Virus record (IMG/VR): IMGVR_UViG_3300025108_000022
Coordinates: 38,648-102,647 of that record
Direction: 5' to 3' (one strand)
Source of the DNA: a virus
Length of the DNA stretch: 64,000 nt
This document shows positions 1 through 8,942 of this stretch, piece after piece (the stretch's first letter is position 1; each line of letters begins with the position of its first letter). The notes beneath the pieces were generated by a model. The model had not been told where the DNA came from. It ran no database searches and saw only the letters and a program-made list of their open reading frames with translations. Position numbers and translations under genes: made by a program.

Positions 1-1
1 C

Positions 2-1849
2 ATGCAATTGATGAGAGGTGGAGGTTTGGATAAAATGACAACCTTCGCCCCAATGGTTGCAGGGGGAGGACTTGCCACCCAAGAAGTGCCTCTTGGGCCA
101 ATCCATCCTCAATCACACGCTACAATTCCGCCAGTGTATTTGACAGGCGATAAAGACGCTTGGGGACATAAAATGCCAGCGACCCTCGCATTTAATTGGG
201 ACAGGGAAAACAATAGCACACGGTTTGAGGTAAAGGACAAGCCGTTTGAAACTCTTCAACGCACCGTCCATGAAGGCCATGTGGGAATGGTTCACCCTAC
301 ACATGCAGATCACGCATTGAAACCAAAGGTCAATTCAATTCCGGCTCTTGAAGTCACTGATGAAATGGGCGCACCTCCTATTCTAAATGGCGACATTTTC
401 AAAGCCGACGATTATGAACCAACGGGAGTGTTTGAGAAAGTCATTGTCCCAGCACATACTGTTTATGATTTTAGTTCAATAGACGACTTGAGAGGATTCA
501 CTGGTGATTGGGTCGTTCAAAAGAAACCCGAAGGAAAGCGTGTATTCATCCAAAAGAAAGGCGGCCATATCAAAGCCAGCAACGGAAAGGGCAGGGATGT
601 GTCTTTGCCGAAGAAGGTCAAAGAAGGCATACGCAAACAAGAAGGAGATTGCACTTTTGACGGTGTTTTGAAAGACGGCAAGTTCCGAGCCATCGATCTG
701 TTGGTGCATAAGGGCGACGACATTCACATGGAAAAATTAGAAGACAGGCTCACCATCCTTCGCACACTTTACGAAACTGACGAAGGCGTTTCATTCCCAA
801 TGCCAGCCGACTGTAAGTTCAGTGACCGTGAAGGTTTGCGGTCAAACATGGACGCACTTGGCGGAGAACTATGGCTTCGTGACTCCACCTCCACCTTTAT
901 GAAAGGAAAAGAAGCACACCATAAATGGGTTCACTACGCACCGGACGGAGATGGTGTCAAGAAAATGTATGGGCCGTTCCCATCGGTTTCTATTCGCAAC
1001 AACCGAATGGTGCTTGAATACCCCGGACACCCTGCACCGTTGGTGGTGAAGGGTGAGTGGGATGGGGAAGGTTTTGACTATCAAGGATTTGAGAAAGGTT
1101 CACGGCCACTATTGATTCACGCTGAAAGGCAAATGAATGTGTGGGGGCCAGTCGGTGTTCACTTGCTGAAATATGAAATTAGTGAAATTACACCATACCC
1201 ACCATTCATCAAGACCGCTTCTTCAACGCTTTTCAAAGCCTCCTTATTGGACACCGATGGAAAGGCGAATCCGGTTGAAGAGATACTGACTCACGCCCGA
1301 CAACACTTGACGGGTGGTGACGAAGCACTGACCCCAGCCGAATTGAAGGCTAATGTCAAAGGTTTGACCGATGAAATGCTCGATCAGTTCGGTGCCGAAT
1401 ATGGTTTAGAAGCCACTGAAAACGGAAAGTGGACTGTCAATCAAGCGATTGACGACGATATGATGGGGGAAAAGGCCATCAGTTCACCAATAGCAAGGAT
1501 AAGCGGCAGTGTTCAAGGTGGTGGCTGGGCTGGTATGATGGACGCTTATACGGCTCCAAGAGGGCCAACCGAATTACTTGACGACGAGGCAACGCCGTTT
1601 TTTGACCCAATGCAACCGGATGATGCCCAATTAGAGGGAATGCCACAGCACATCAAGATCCAAACAACAGACGGGGAGGGGGAAGAGATTGATGGGGATT
1701 TAACCCTTGAAGGCAACACTGCGACCCTGCGTTTCCCTCAAAAAACAGAACAAGAAGTCAAGGATGAGCAAGAAATTAAGGTGCCTATGGAGGATTCGGA
1801 GGGGGACGGAATGATGCCTCCCGAACCCCCTGCCGCCCCTATCGCTTAA
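2..1849 (+). CDS. Head-module protein (probably 5'-truncated) with a divergent ATP-dependent DNA ligase-like nucleotidyltransferase domain
   Basis: Motif I-like WVVQKKPEGKR, motif III-like TFDGVL, IIIa-like FRAIDLL followed by LEDRLTILR; motifs IV and V degenerate; acidic Pro-rich C-terminus; directly upstream of the prohead protease. Confidence 0.65.
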   Translation: MQLMRGGGLDKMTTFAPMVAGGGLATQEVPLGPIHPQSHATIPPVYLTGDKDAWGHKMPATLAFNWDRENNSTRFEVKDKPFETLQRTVHEGHVGMVHPTHADHALKPKVNSIPALEVTDEMGAPPILNGDIFKADDYEPTGVFEKVIVPAHTVYDFSSIDDLRGFTGDWVVQKKPEGKRVFIQKKGGHIKASNGKGRDVSLPKKVKEGIRKQEGDCTFDGVLKDGKFRAIDLLVHKGDDIHMEKLEDRLTILRTLYETDEGVSFPMPADCKFSDREGLRSNMDALGGELWLRDSTSTFMKGKEAHHKWVHYAPDGDGVKKMYGPFPSVSIRNNRMVLEYPGHPAPLVVKGEWDGEGFDYQGFEKGSRPLLIHAERQMNVWGPVGVHLLKYEISEITPYPPFIKTASSTLFKASLLDTDGKANPVEEILTHARQHLTGGDEALTPAELKANVKGLTDEMLDQFGAEYGLEATENGKWTVNQAIDDDMMGEKAISSPIARISGSVQGGGWAGMMDAYTAPRGPTELLDDEATPFFDPMQPDDAQLEGMPQHIKIQTTDGEGEEIDGDLTLEGNTATLRFPQKTEQEVKDEQEIKVPMEDSEGDGMMPPEPPAAPIA

Positions 1850-1872
1850 ATACCATGACATAAAATGGGTGA
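1846..1872 (+). promoter_or_regulatory. Putative archaeal TATA box (TTAAATA 1846-1852) and GGTGA SD (1868-1872) for the protease/capsid operon
   Basis: TATA-like element about 25 nt upstream of ATG 1877; GGTGA 4 nt before the ATG. Confidence 0.5.
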
Positions 1873-1876
1873 GATA

Positions 1877-3193
1877 ATGGCGACCACTGCAACATGGACA
1901 GCGACCGGAGCAGACTTCATTTTGAAGTCAGCAACCGGAAACGATCTTGTTATTGCTGGCTACGCTTCTGTTGACATGGTTGATAAGCAGGGAGATAGAA
2001 TCCCTGTGTCGGCTCTCAAGAAGGCATTCAACGGCTTTATGGCCGACCCAGCATACCGAAATGTGCAATTAGCGCACAGTGGTATTCAAGTGGGAGAAGT
2101 TCTTTCAAATTATACTGACAGTGAAGGCCGAGTATGGAAATCCACTGTTGATGATCACGGACTGTTTGTCGTGTGCAAGATCCGCAACGACATTGAAAAG
2201 GCCCGTGAAGTCCAAAAGCAAGTTCGCAGTGGCGAACTGCGAGCATTCTCCATTGGGGGCCAAGCGTTGTTCCGTGTTAGCAAGACTACACCGGAACACG
2301 GCACCCACCGTGAAATCACGGACATGGAATTGCATGAAATTACTTTGTGCAAAAAAGGAATAAACCCCGAAAGCACATACACCCTACTGAAAATGGACGA
2401 TGATAACATGAGCAACGAAGCAGAAACCCTAACCGAAATCCGTGACGCTTTGTCACGAATCAACAAGCAAATTGAACAACCAACATACGAAGAACCAGTA
2501 TATGCTGATGATTCGTTGGCTAAGGAAGAAGAAGCCGCAGTGGCTTACATTGACTCTCTTGAAAAGTTCGCACACCAGCAAGGCGTGAACCTTGACGGCC
2601 TACGAGATCACTTTGGACTCGGCAAGGCTTACATGGTCGGCGTTGATGGAGAGCATGGATTCGGACACCGAGGACAAGGCGACCTTTACGGAAGTGGAGA
2701 AGACGCAACCCTCGCTACTGCACCAAAACTCCCAAATGCAAAATCCAACAAGTATGTCATTAAGCAAAATGGCGTGCCGAACATGAAAATGAATGCACCG
2801 TCCGGTGGCCGAAATGTCATCAAAGGCGGATTGGATCTTTCCCCTGCCTCCCTTGAGCGTGGCTACGGTGCTTACTCCGCAATTCGTGATGAAGAAGCGG
2901 TCAAAGCACTTGTTGAGAAAGAATGGCACGACCGCTATGAAGCGGAAACCCAATCAGCCCTCAACATGCAAAAGGCCACTGATTACTCCGGCCAAATTGA
3001 GATGTTGAAGCAAGAAATCGCATCCCTACGCAACGAAACCTCCACCATAGCGAAATCCGCAGTGCCAGTTCCGGCACAGTCGGACATTCGTGTTCCGACC
3101 CATGAAGAGTTCATGGCTCTTGGAGATGGCTTGGACGGATGGCGTGCGCTTGAAGAACTCGGACAGCGTGCCCTTCATGGAGCAAACTTTTGA
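1877..3193 (+). CDS. HK97-type prohead (maturation) protease with C-terminal scaffold-like coiled-coil region
   Basis: VIAGYASVDMVDKQGDRI, LAHS (His), LRAFSIGG (Ser), LHEITLCKKGINP; acidic helical C-terminal half; immediately upstream of MCP. Confidence 0.85.
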   Translation: MATTATWTATGADFILKSATGNDLVIAGYASVDMVDKQGDRIPVSALKKAFNGFMADPAYRNVQLAHSGIQVGEVLSNYTDSEGRVWKSTVDDHGLFVVCKIRNDIEKAREVQKQVRSGELRAFSIGGQALFRVSKTTPEHGTHREITDMELHEITLCKKGINPESTYTLLKMDDDNMSNEAETLTEIRDALSRINKQIEQPTYEEPVYADDSLAKEEEAAVAYIDSLEKFAHQQGVNLDGLRDHFGLGKAYMVGVDGEHGFGHRGQGDLYGSGEDATLATAPKLPNAKSNKYVIKQNGVPNMKMNAPSGGRNVIKGGLDLSPASLERGYGAYSAIRDEEAVKALVEKEWHDRYEAETQSALNMQKATDYSGQIEMLKQEIASLRNETSTIAKSAVPVPAQSDIRVPTHEEFMALGDGLDGWRALEELGQRALHGANF

Positions 3194-3207
3194 AAGGAGA
3201 TGATTAG

Positions 3208-4374
3208 ATGAGTGGAAGCACAGGATATATTCGCACAATTGAAGACATGGAACGACTCTATTACGGAGCCGGAACAGGACAAAACGCATGGGCATACGCT
3301 GGAACCGACCTTTTGAAGTCGGACTCCCCGCTAATGTCCTCAACCGGCGGAACATACCAAGCGATCTTCGGTCGTAAAGTATGGTCGCAATTGAACCAAG
3401 AGTTCAACGCATTCTCCATCCTCCCTAAGAAACCGTGGGAGAAGAGTGGATGGCGTGTCACCACAGCAAAGCCGGACTTCGGAAAAGGCGGCGGTGTGGC
3501 TGAAAACGCAACCCTACCGGAAACCACCAAGCCGACCTTTGAGCATGTTTCAACCAAGCCAAAGACGGTTGCACACTCCTTTGACCTCTCCGAAACAGCC
3601 ATGTTCTTGGCTGACAAGGATGATGGACTGGGCGATGCACGGGCTGTTATCAAAATGGAAATGGCAAAGCACCACACAGAACACATCAACAAGATGCTTC
3701 TTCAAGATGTCAACACTGTTGCTGGAAACGACTTTGAGTCCCTTGACAGAATCACTTCTTCGTCTTTCGTTGAAAGCACAGGCTTCGGCGACATTGACGC
3801 AATCAGCAATCACAACATTTACAACCTCACCCGAAACGGTGCTGGGGCTGGATCTCAACAGTGGTATGACGCTCAAGTGGACGCAGGTGCAAACAACGGA
3901 ACTGACCGTGCTTTGACCCTCAACATTCTTGACGGAATGTTCCGACAGATTTGGGAAGCAGGAGGTCAGCCAAAGGTTATCCTCACTGGCTACGACACTC
4001 TTGAAACCATTCAGCAATTGCTCCAACCTCAACAACGATTCGTTGAGATGAAGCGTGTCGTCCCCGGCGTCAATGGCGTTAAGGGTGTTCCGGGCATTCA
4101 AGGTGGATTCATGGTCGCAACCTACAACGGTGTCCCAATCATCCCATCTAAGGATGTTCACAAGGGCACTGGCGGTTCTTCTCGCCTTTACTTCTTGGAC
4201 ACAGACTACTTGTGGTTCACCACTGCAAAGCCAACACTCTATCACGAATCGGGAATTGAAACCGGAGATCCTTTCGGTATCAACAGGCTCGGACAAATGG
4301 GAATGTTTCACACAATGGGTGAACTCATCGCATCTTTCTTCAAGGCAAGCGGAAAAATCCGTGACCTATCGTGA
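3208..4374 (+). CDS. Major capsid protein (HK97 fold)
   Basis: 388 aa after the protease; GGGVAENATLPET, KPKTVAHSFDLSE, GGFMVATYNGVPIIPSKDV and LYFLDTDYL resemble archaeal tailed-virus MCPs; GGAG SD. Confidence 0.85.
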   Translation: MSGSTGYIRTIEDMERLYYGAGTGQNAWAYAGTDLLKSDSPLMSSTGGTYQAIFGRKVWSQLNQEFNAFSILPKKPWEKSGWRVTTAKPDFGKGGGVAENATLPETTKPTFEHVSTKPKTVAHSFDLSETAMFLADKDDGLGDARAVIKMEMAKHHTEHINKMLLQDVNTVAGNDFESLDRITSSSFVESTGFGDIDAISNHNIYNLTRNGAGAGSQQWYDAQVDAGANNGTDRALTLNILDGMFRQIWEAGGQPKVILTGYDTLETIQQLLQPQQRFVEMKRVVPGVNGVKGVPGIQGGFMVATYNGVPIIPSKDVHKGTGGSSRLYFLDTDYLWFTTAKPTLYHESGIETGDPFGINRLGQMGMFHTMGELIASFFKASGKIRDLS

Positions 4375-4407
4375 TACAAAAAATGAAAAATATGGAGATG
4401 ATTTGAT

Positions 4408-4815
4408 ATGGCAAATACGAATGTAAAAGGAACCCCGACCGCACTACTTGACACCCGCCTTTGGGCTGGTAGTCCAACAGACAGCACAGCATGGCTACAA
4501 TCCCCAATCGGCTCAAACGAGGCTGTTGGGACAATGAGCATGGCTGTCATTGAACTTGTTGCTGACGATGGCGATGCCGCCACCGCCTATGACATCACAG
4601 GCAGTGGTAATGCAAGCATCATCAACCCAGTGATTGGAACTGAATTGATTGCTGTTATGAGCATCATTTCAAGTGCCGAGGAAGATGGAACAGCAGGAGC
4701 CGCTTCGGCGATCCCTGTCGCTGGAAACTTGTCAAGCCCAACAGCAATCAAGTTCACTGGTGCAGGAGCCAACGGAAAGGACACGACTTACCGAATCGCC
4801 TTCTTATACCGTTGA
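4408..4815 (+). CDS. Putative virion structural/decoration protein
   Basis: 135 aa, Ala/Gly/Thr-rich, follows MCP, SD present. Confidence 0.5.
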   Translation: MANTNVKGTPTALLDTRLWAGSPTDSTAWLQSPIGSNEAVGTMSMAVIELVADDGDAATAYDITGSGNASIINPVIGTELIAVMSIISSAEEDGTAGAASAIPVAGNLSSPTAIKFTGAGANGKDTTYRIAFLYR

Positions 4816-4836
4816 GTCGGTTAGGAGGGATTTAGC

Positions 4837-5280
4837 GTGGCAATACTACAATATGTTGGCGACAGGCCGTATGTTGAGTTCAAGGTTGGACAAAAGACAT
4901 TCGGCTTCGCAAGAGGCACAGAACGAAGTGATGTTCCCAAAGAACTTCTTGAGCGTTTCAAGGGCGACAATTTCCCACAGTGGAAAGTCATTGGCGGCGA
5001 AGAAAAGAAGTCCGAGGAAAAGACCAAGAAAATGGTTGAAGTGATCGAAGCCCCCGCTGTGGTTGAAGAAACACCAGCACCGGCACCAAAGACAGTCGCC
5101 ACTGACGAGGACAAGACCGAGCAGATGGCTGACGCTATCATTCCGCCTTTTGACACTACATGGACAAGAGCCAAAATGGTTGACTGGATGAAGTCGCAGG
5201 GTGAAAGCGTATCAAAGGCTGACACCAAAGCAATTCTCACTGAAAGGGCACATGCACTCACCTCAAAGGGTGATGAGTGA
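4837..5280 (+). CDS. Hypothetical protein with C-terminal HeH/LEM-like motif
   Basis: GTG start after GGAGG; Pro/Ala/Glu linker then WTRAKMVDWMKSQGESVSKADTKAILTERA. Confidence 0.5.
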   Translation: MAILQYVGDRPYVEFKVGQKTFGFARGTERSDVPKELLERFKGDNFPQWKVIGGEEKKSEEKTKKMVEVIEAPAVVEETPAPAPKTVATDEDKTEQMADAIIPPFDTTWTRAKMVDWMKSQGESVSKADTKAILTERAHALTSKGDE

Positions 5281-5855
5281 TGCCTCAAAGCGACCTCACC
5301 ATATTTGACGGCGAAGCCCGTTATGCAGGTCGCACCCGTGTCAATCGCATGGTCTATGAGTTCACTCAAGCGGATCTAAGCGGCCAAACAGCCGTCACCT
5401 CCGATTCTTTCGGGTTGAACGGCGAAGTTCACCAAATTATTCTTGATGTTTCGGGATCAAAATTGACAACCAACGGCAACACACAGACGACACATGGCTC
5501 AATGGCTTTAGTTATGGACATCACTACTGTTTCCGGTGCTATGATAACACCGTTTTCACCAATCACCAGTCTTGACTTCACCAATAAAACACCCGGACGC
5601 TTTTATCAATTTCAAACCAATGAAGGTGCGGCTATGGGCACACAGGAACACGCCTTGACAGTCCGACCCGGACTATCGGGACACGACACCCCTGCGGCAC
5701 CGAGAACACCCATCGTGAACGGCACACCGACAGCGATTAACAAGAACCAACCGTGGACTGGACGAGTATGTGGCAATTACAACATCATGCTTGGTTCGGC
5801 AACCGCTTGGGCGGCTGATACCGACACAATCCGTGTTATCATCATCTATTCATAA
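5277..5855 (+). CDS. Putative virion structural protein
   Basis: 192 aa, start overlaps upstream stop, beta-rich composition in head module. Confidence 0.45.
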   Translation: MMPQSDLTIFDGEARYAGRTRVNRMVYEFTQADLSGQTAVTSDSFGLNGEVHQIILDVSGSKLTTNGNTQTTHGSMALVMDITTVSGAMITPFSPITSLDFTNKTPGRFYQFQTNEGAAMGTQEHALTVRPGLSGHDTPAAPRTPIVNGTPTAINKNQPWTGRVCGNYNIMLGSATAWAADTDTIRVIIIYS

Positions 5856-5862
5856 GGAATCC

Positions 5863-5868
5863 TTTTAA
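5863..5868 (+). promoter_or_regulatory. Putative TATA box (TTTTAA)
   Basis: Short AT-rich intergenic element preceded by purine-rich AAGGAA, about 20-30 nt before ATG 5890/5899. Confidence 0.35.
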
Positions 5869-5889
5869 CAAATGACTTACACCCAAGAG

Positions 5890-6270
5890 ATGAGCAACAT
5901 GGCATTGACAATTACACGAAGCAAGCGAAACTCCATTGACGGATCACGAATCACAGCATTCCGAACCGTAGCCTTTGACAATCCATACCCTGCTGGCGGC
6001 GAACCTTTTGATGCCTCCGCTGAATGTGGCCTCAAAAGCGTTGAAGAAGTCCGAATCGGTGCAGGTTTGCCCGCAGGTTTCACAGTGCGATACGACTACG
6101 CCACCAAAAAACTCCAATTGTTCGGTGAATCCACCGAAGCATCGGGCGATGCCGTCAATCCCGGCACCAACCCAGCCGCCGAAACTCGCCCTCTTGCCGA
6201 GTTCGCAGACACTTTTGACGCAAGCGGCATTGACGCACTTGAACTTATTATCAAAGGCACACGGTCTTGA
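5890..6270 (+). CDS. Putative head decoration/structural protein
   Basis: About 125 aa, YPAGGEPFD motif, beta-rich, in head module; start uncertain (5872/5890/5899). Confidence 0.45.
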   Translation: MSNMALTITRSKRNSIDGSRITAFRTVAFDNPYPAGGEPFDASAECGLKSVEEVRIGAGLPAGFTVRYDYATKKLQLFGESTEASGDAVNPGTNPAAETRPLAEFADTFDASGIDALELIIKGTRS

Positions 6271-6293
6271 AGTCGCCGTTGGGGTGATTTCAA

Positions 6294-6626
6294 ATGCCAA
6301 GAATGGAAATTGAAGACATTGATCTCGGAGAGGTCATGGACATTGAGCGACGCCGCCAAGTCCGAATGGCCGAAATCAAACACGCATCCCGTTCATCCGT
6401 CCAAGAGGACGACAGCCCCTTTTCCGATGAAAACATGCGATACGCTACTAAAAAGCGTGTGCAAATGAGGAAAAGTGAACGAAAAGACATTCAAAACATT
6501 GGTTCGGGGACTCGTTGCACCACATGTGGTTGTTTGCACTTTTGCTGGGCACCCAAATGCGGTGCTTGCGGAAGTCCTATGACCTTCAACCTCGGCCATC
6601 ATAGCATGGGCCGGAGGGTTATTTGA
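6294..6626 (+). CDS. Zinc-ribbon protein
   Basis: C-terminal CTTC...CGAC; GGGGTGA SD. Confidence 0.6.
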   Translation: MPRMEIEDIDLGEVMDIERRRQVRMAEIKHASRSSVQEDDSPFSDENMRYATKKRVQMRKSERKDIQNIGSGTRCTTCGCLHFCWAPKCGACGSPMTFNLGHHSMGRRVI

Positions 6627-6627
6627 A

Positions 6628-8244
6628 ATGCCCCGTGCTTTTTCACCCGGCCATCGTCCCGATGCGCCACTTTATCCCGACGAATTAACCTACACCACCA
6701 TTGAGAAAGTGGCCGATTACCTACAATTGCCTTTGCCCGATCCAGTATCACTGGCTGGCGACAGTGTGATTGCTACAAATGACATCAAGTTCCCAATAAC
6801 TGGTGCCGATTATCGCAGGTGGGGGTATTCCGCAGGTGAAAAAATAGTGGTTTATGACGACGCCAACGCTATGGGCATTGAGTTCGTCATAGGGAGCATT
6901 GAGTCGGTTGGTTCAAACGGTCATATTTATTTGGTCGCACCAAAAGGAACCAGCCCATCATTCACCACAGCCAACAAAGCACAGGTTCAACATCAGTCGG
7001 CCATCACGAACAGCAAAGAACGAGGCATCAAAAAGAGCCATGTTGAAAACTTGATTCGCCAACGGCAAGACTACATTGACAAGGTGACACGCCACGCATG
7101 GCGACCACGCCTTGTCGCCGAAGAGTATGTTAATTTCACCACATTCAAACCATTCCGAAGACGATACTACACCGATTATGTGGGTGCTGTTTTCGTTAAG
7201 CGGGGTGCTATTCAGCGCATCCTCAAACTGGGTGCTTGGCAAGGGGACTATTACAGGGAGATGGCTGGGGCAAGGGTGTCCTTTAGGGTGTCCGACCACA
7301 TCGCCCTATCGGGTCAATCCATTTTGCTGTGTCCCGGTGCTAACGGTGTTGCCACACTAACCGAAGGCGACGACGCACAGACCAAGTGGAGATCTGACTT
7401 CGATCACAAATCAACCGCCGAAAACATAGGTGCCCTCGTCAATAAAGACCCAGCGTTTAACAAATCCGCTGTTCCTATTGGCACACTCACAGTGGAGTCA
7501 GCAGACTCCGCCAATGTCACCCTCAATGTGCATGAAGAGTTCTTGGCTTTGTCCAACAGCGACACTGGCGACGGGGTTGTTGAAATCAGTTCAATGCGTA
7601 GCACCGAAGGCGGTGAAAACGCAACAATCGCCATCACCCACGAATCGGCTGTGTCGTTTAACACAAGCCTCTCATCTTTGGTGTCAAGCACCGTTGCGTC
7701 AATAACCAATTCACCCGCCACATCGTTCGTGCTAAACGACGGAACCACCTTCGTTGAAGGGCATGGGTTGGTGTATATCACCAGCGGCACTACGAACAGG
7801 GTGGCTCTTTGCACACGAAATGAGAACACATTCACCATAGTCGCTGATCAATTGAACGACTTTGACGGCCAATTGCAGGTCGGCGATACTGTCAAACAGA
7901 TCCGATTCAAAAACGACATCACCGATGAAGAACGCCAAAAGTCTTGGTGGTCTATTGAAGAAAACGGAATGATTTTGTTTAACAACGAATACCCATTCTT
8001 TGAGAACCACTCCATCCGATGCTCCTACATTTACGGCGAACGGTATGTGGAGGGTTCAATCCATGAGGCTTGCACTAAACTGGTTGTTATGGATATTCTC
8101 ATGTCCGACGATTATTCGGTGATGTTCCCCGAAGGAACTCAAAGCATTGATTTGAACACAAAACACCAAAAATTAGAGGCCGAAGTCGCCAAATTGTTGG
8201 TGCCGTTTCAAGAGTCTATTGTCGTGGCGGGAATGGGTGGTTAA
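6628..8244 (+). CDS. Head-tail adaptor (head completion) protein with inserted beta domains
   Basis: N-terminal YTTIEKVADYL, LIRQRQDYIDKVTRHAW and C-terminal SYIYG...IHEACTKLVVMDIL resemble gp6/gp15-like connectors. Confidence 0.6.
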   Translation: MPRAFSPGHRPDAPLYPDELTYTTIEKVADYLQLPLPDPVSLAGDSVIATNDIKFPITGADYRRWGYSAGEKIVVYDDANAMGIEFVIGSIESVGSNGHIYLVAPKGTSPSFTTANKAQVQHQSAITNSKERGIKKSHVENLIRQRQDYIDKVTRHAWRPRLVAEEYVNFTTFKPFRRRYYTDYVGAVFVKRGAIQRILKLGAWQGDYYREMAGARVSFRVSDHIALSGQSILLCPGANGVATLTEGDDAQTKWRSDFDHKSTAENIGALVNKDPAFNKSAVPIGTLTVESADSANVTLNVHEEFLALSNSDTGDGVVEISSMRSTEGGENATIAITHESAVSFNTSLSSLVSSTVASITNSPATSFVLNDGTTFVEGHGLVYITSGTTNRVALCTRNENTFTIVADQLNDFDGQLQVGDTVKQIRFKNDITDEERQKSWWSIEENGMILFNNEYPFFENHSIRCSYIYGERYVEGSIHEACTKLVVMDILMSDDYSVMFPEGTQSIDLNTKHQKLEAEVAKLLVPFQESIVVAGMGG

Positions 8245-8245
8245 G

Positions 8246-8503
8246 GTGGAAGAAATGCTTGCGTTCCTTGAAAAACACCTCAAGAACACCGAAGATCTTC
8301 TTGCCGCTATGAAGATACAACAAGCCGCCGAACCAGCGCATTTAGAAAAATTGGAGATTTACGAGCGTGAAACACAGGACACCGATGAGCCAGTGAGTGA
8401 AGAGGATGTCAACATTGTCATGCAAGCGCATAAAGCCGCAAGCCCCTTCGCCTTAGATGTAGCGGTGGCTCACGCCAAAATGTTGGAGGGGATGCAAAAA
8501 TGA
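8246..8503 (+). CDS. Hypothetical protein
   Basis: Fills gap between neighbouring genes; ATGA overlap with the next gene. Confidence 0.45.
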   Translation: MEEMLAFLEKHLKNTEDLLAAMKIQQAAEPAHLEKLEIYERETQDTDEPVSEEDVNIVMQAHKAASPFALDVAVAHAKMLEGMQK

Positions 8504-8931
8504 CAGACGCAATTGAAGCCATTCGTGACATCATAGACAGCAATTGGTCTATTTCACCAAAACCGTCTATTTTGGACATCGCTACATTGGATGCTGGCGA
8601 AGGAAAGCGCACTCGGTTGCAGGATCACGACATCATTCGGATTTTTGAAACAGCACATAACGAAGCACAGCCCGAATTGGCTTTTGACTTTGTAAATGAA
8701 CACATCAACCTCACCATTGACATACGCACTGTGAAGAATCGGGAACGCCTAAGCGCACTCCGAGATGAAGTCCGGCGCATACTACATTTGGTGAGAAAGG
8801 GCGATAATAACACATTTGATAGGGTAATCTTCAAAACCCGCACCGACTTGTCCGACCGGAGCAAGAGGTTGTTCCGCTATACAATGCAAGCCGAATGTGT
8901 GATTTTCGCCCAACCACTACCAACCCTATGA
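8500..8931 (+). CDS. Putative tail terminator/completion protein
   Basis: 143 aa immediately upstream of tail tube; LTIDIRT...LRDEVRRIL...FRYTMQ pattern. Confidence 0.55.
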   Translation: MTDAIEAIRDIIDSNWSISPKPSILDIATLDAGEGKRTRLQDHDIIRIFETAHNEAQPELAFDFVNEHINLTIDIRTVKNRERLSALRDEVRRILHLVRKGDNNTFDRVIFKTRTDLSDRSKRLFRYTMQAECVIFAQPLPTL

Positions 8932-8942
8932 GATGATGAAAA

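Noticed and set aside
3550-4311. Long antisense ORFs such as the 253-aa one opposite the MCP
   Set aside because: Shadow ORFs from codon bias, with no SD or motifs.
4345-4426. Possible frameshift or readthrough extension of the MCP at GGAAAAATC
   Set aside because: No in-phase X XXY YYZ heptamer; the -1 frame and the readthrough frame both hit stops within a few codons.
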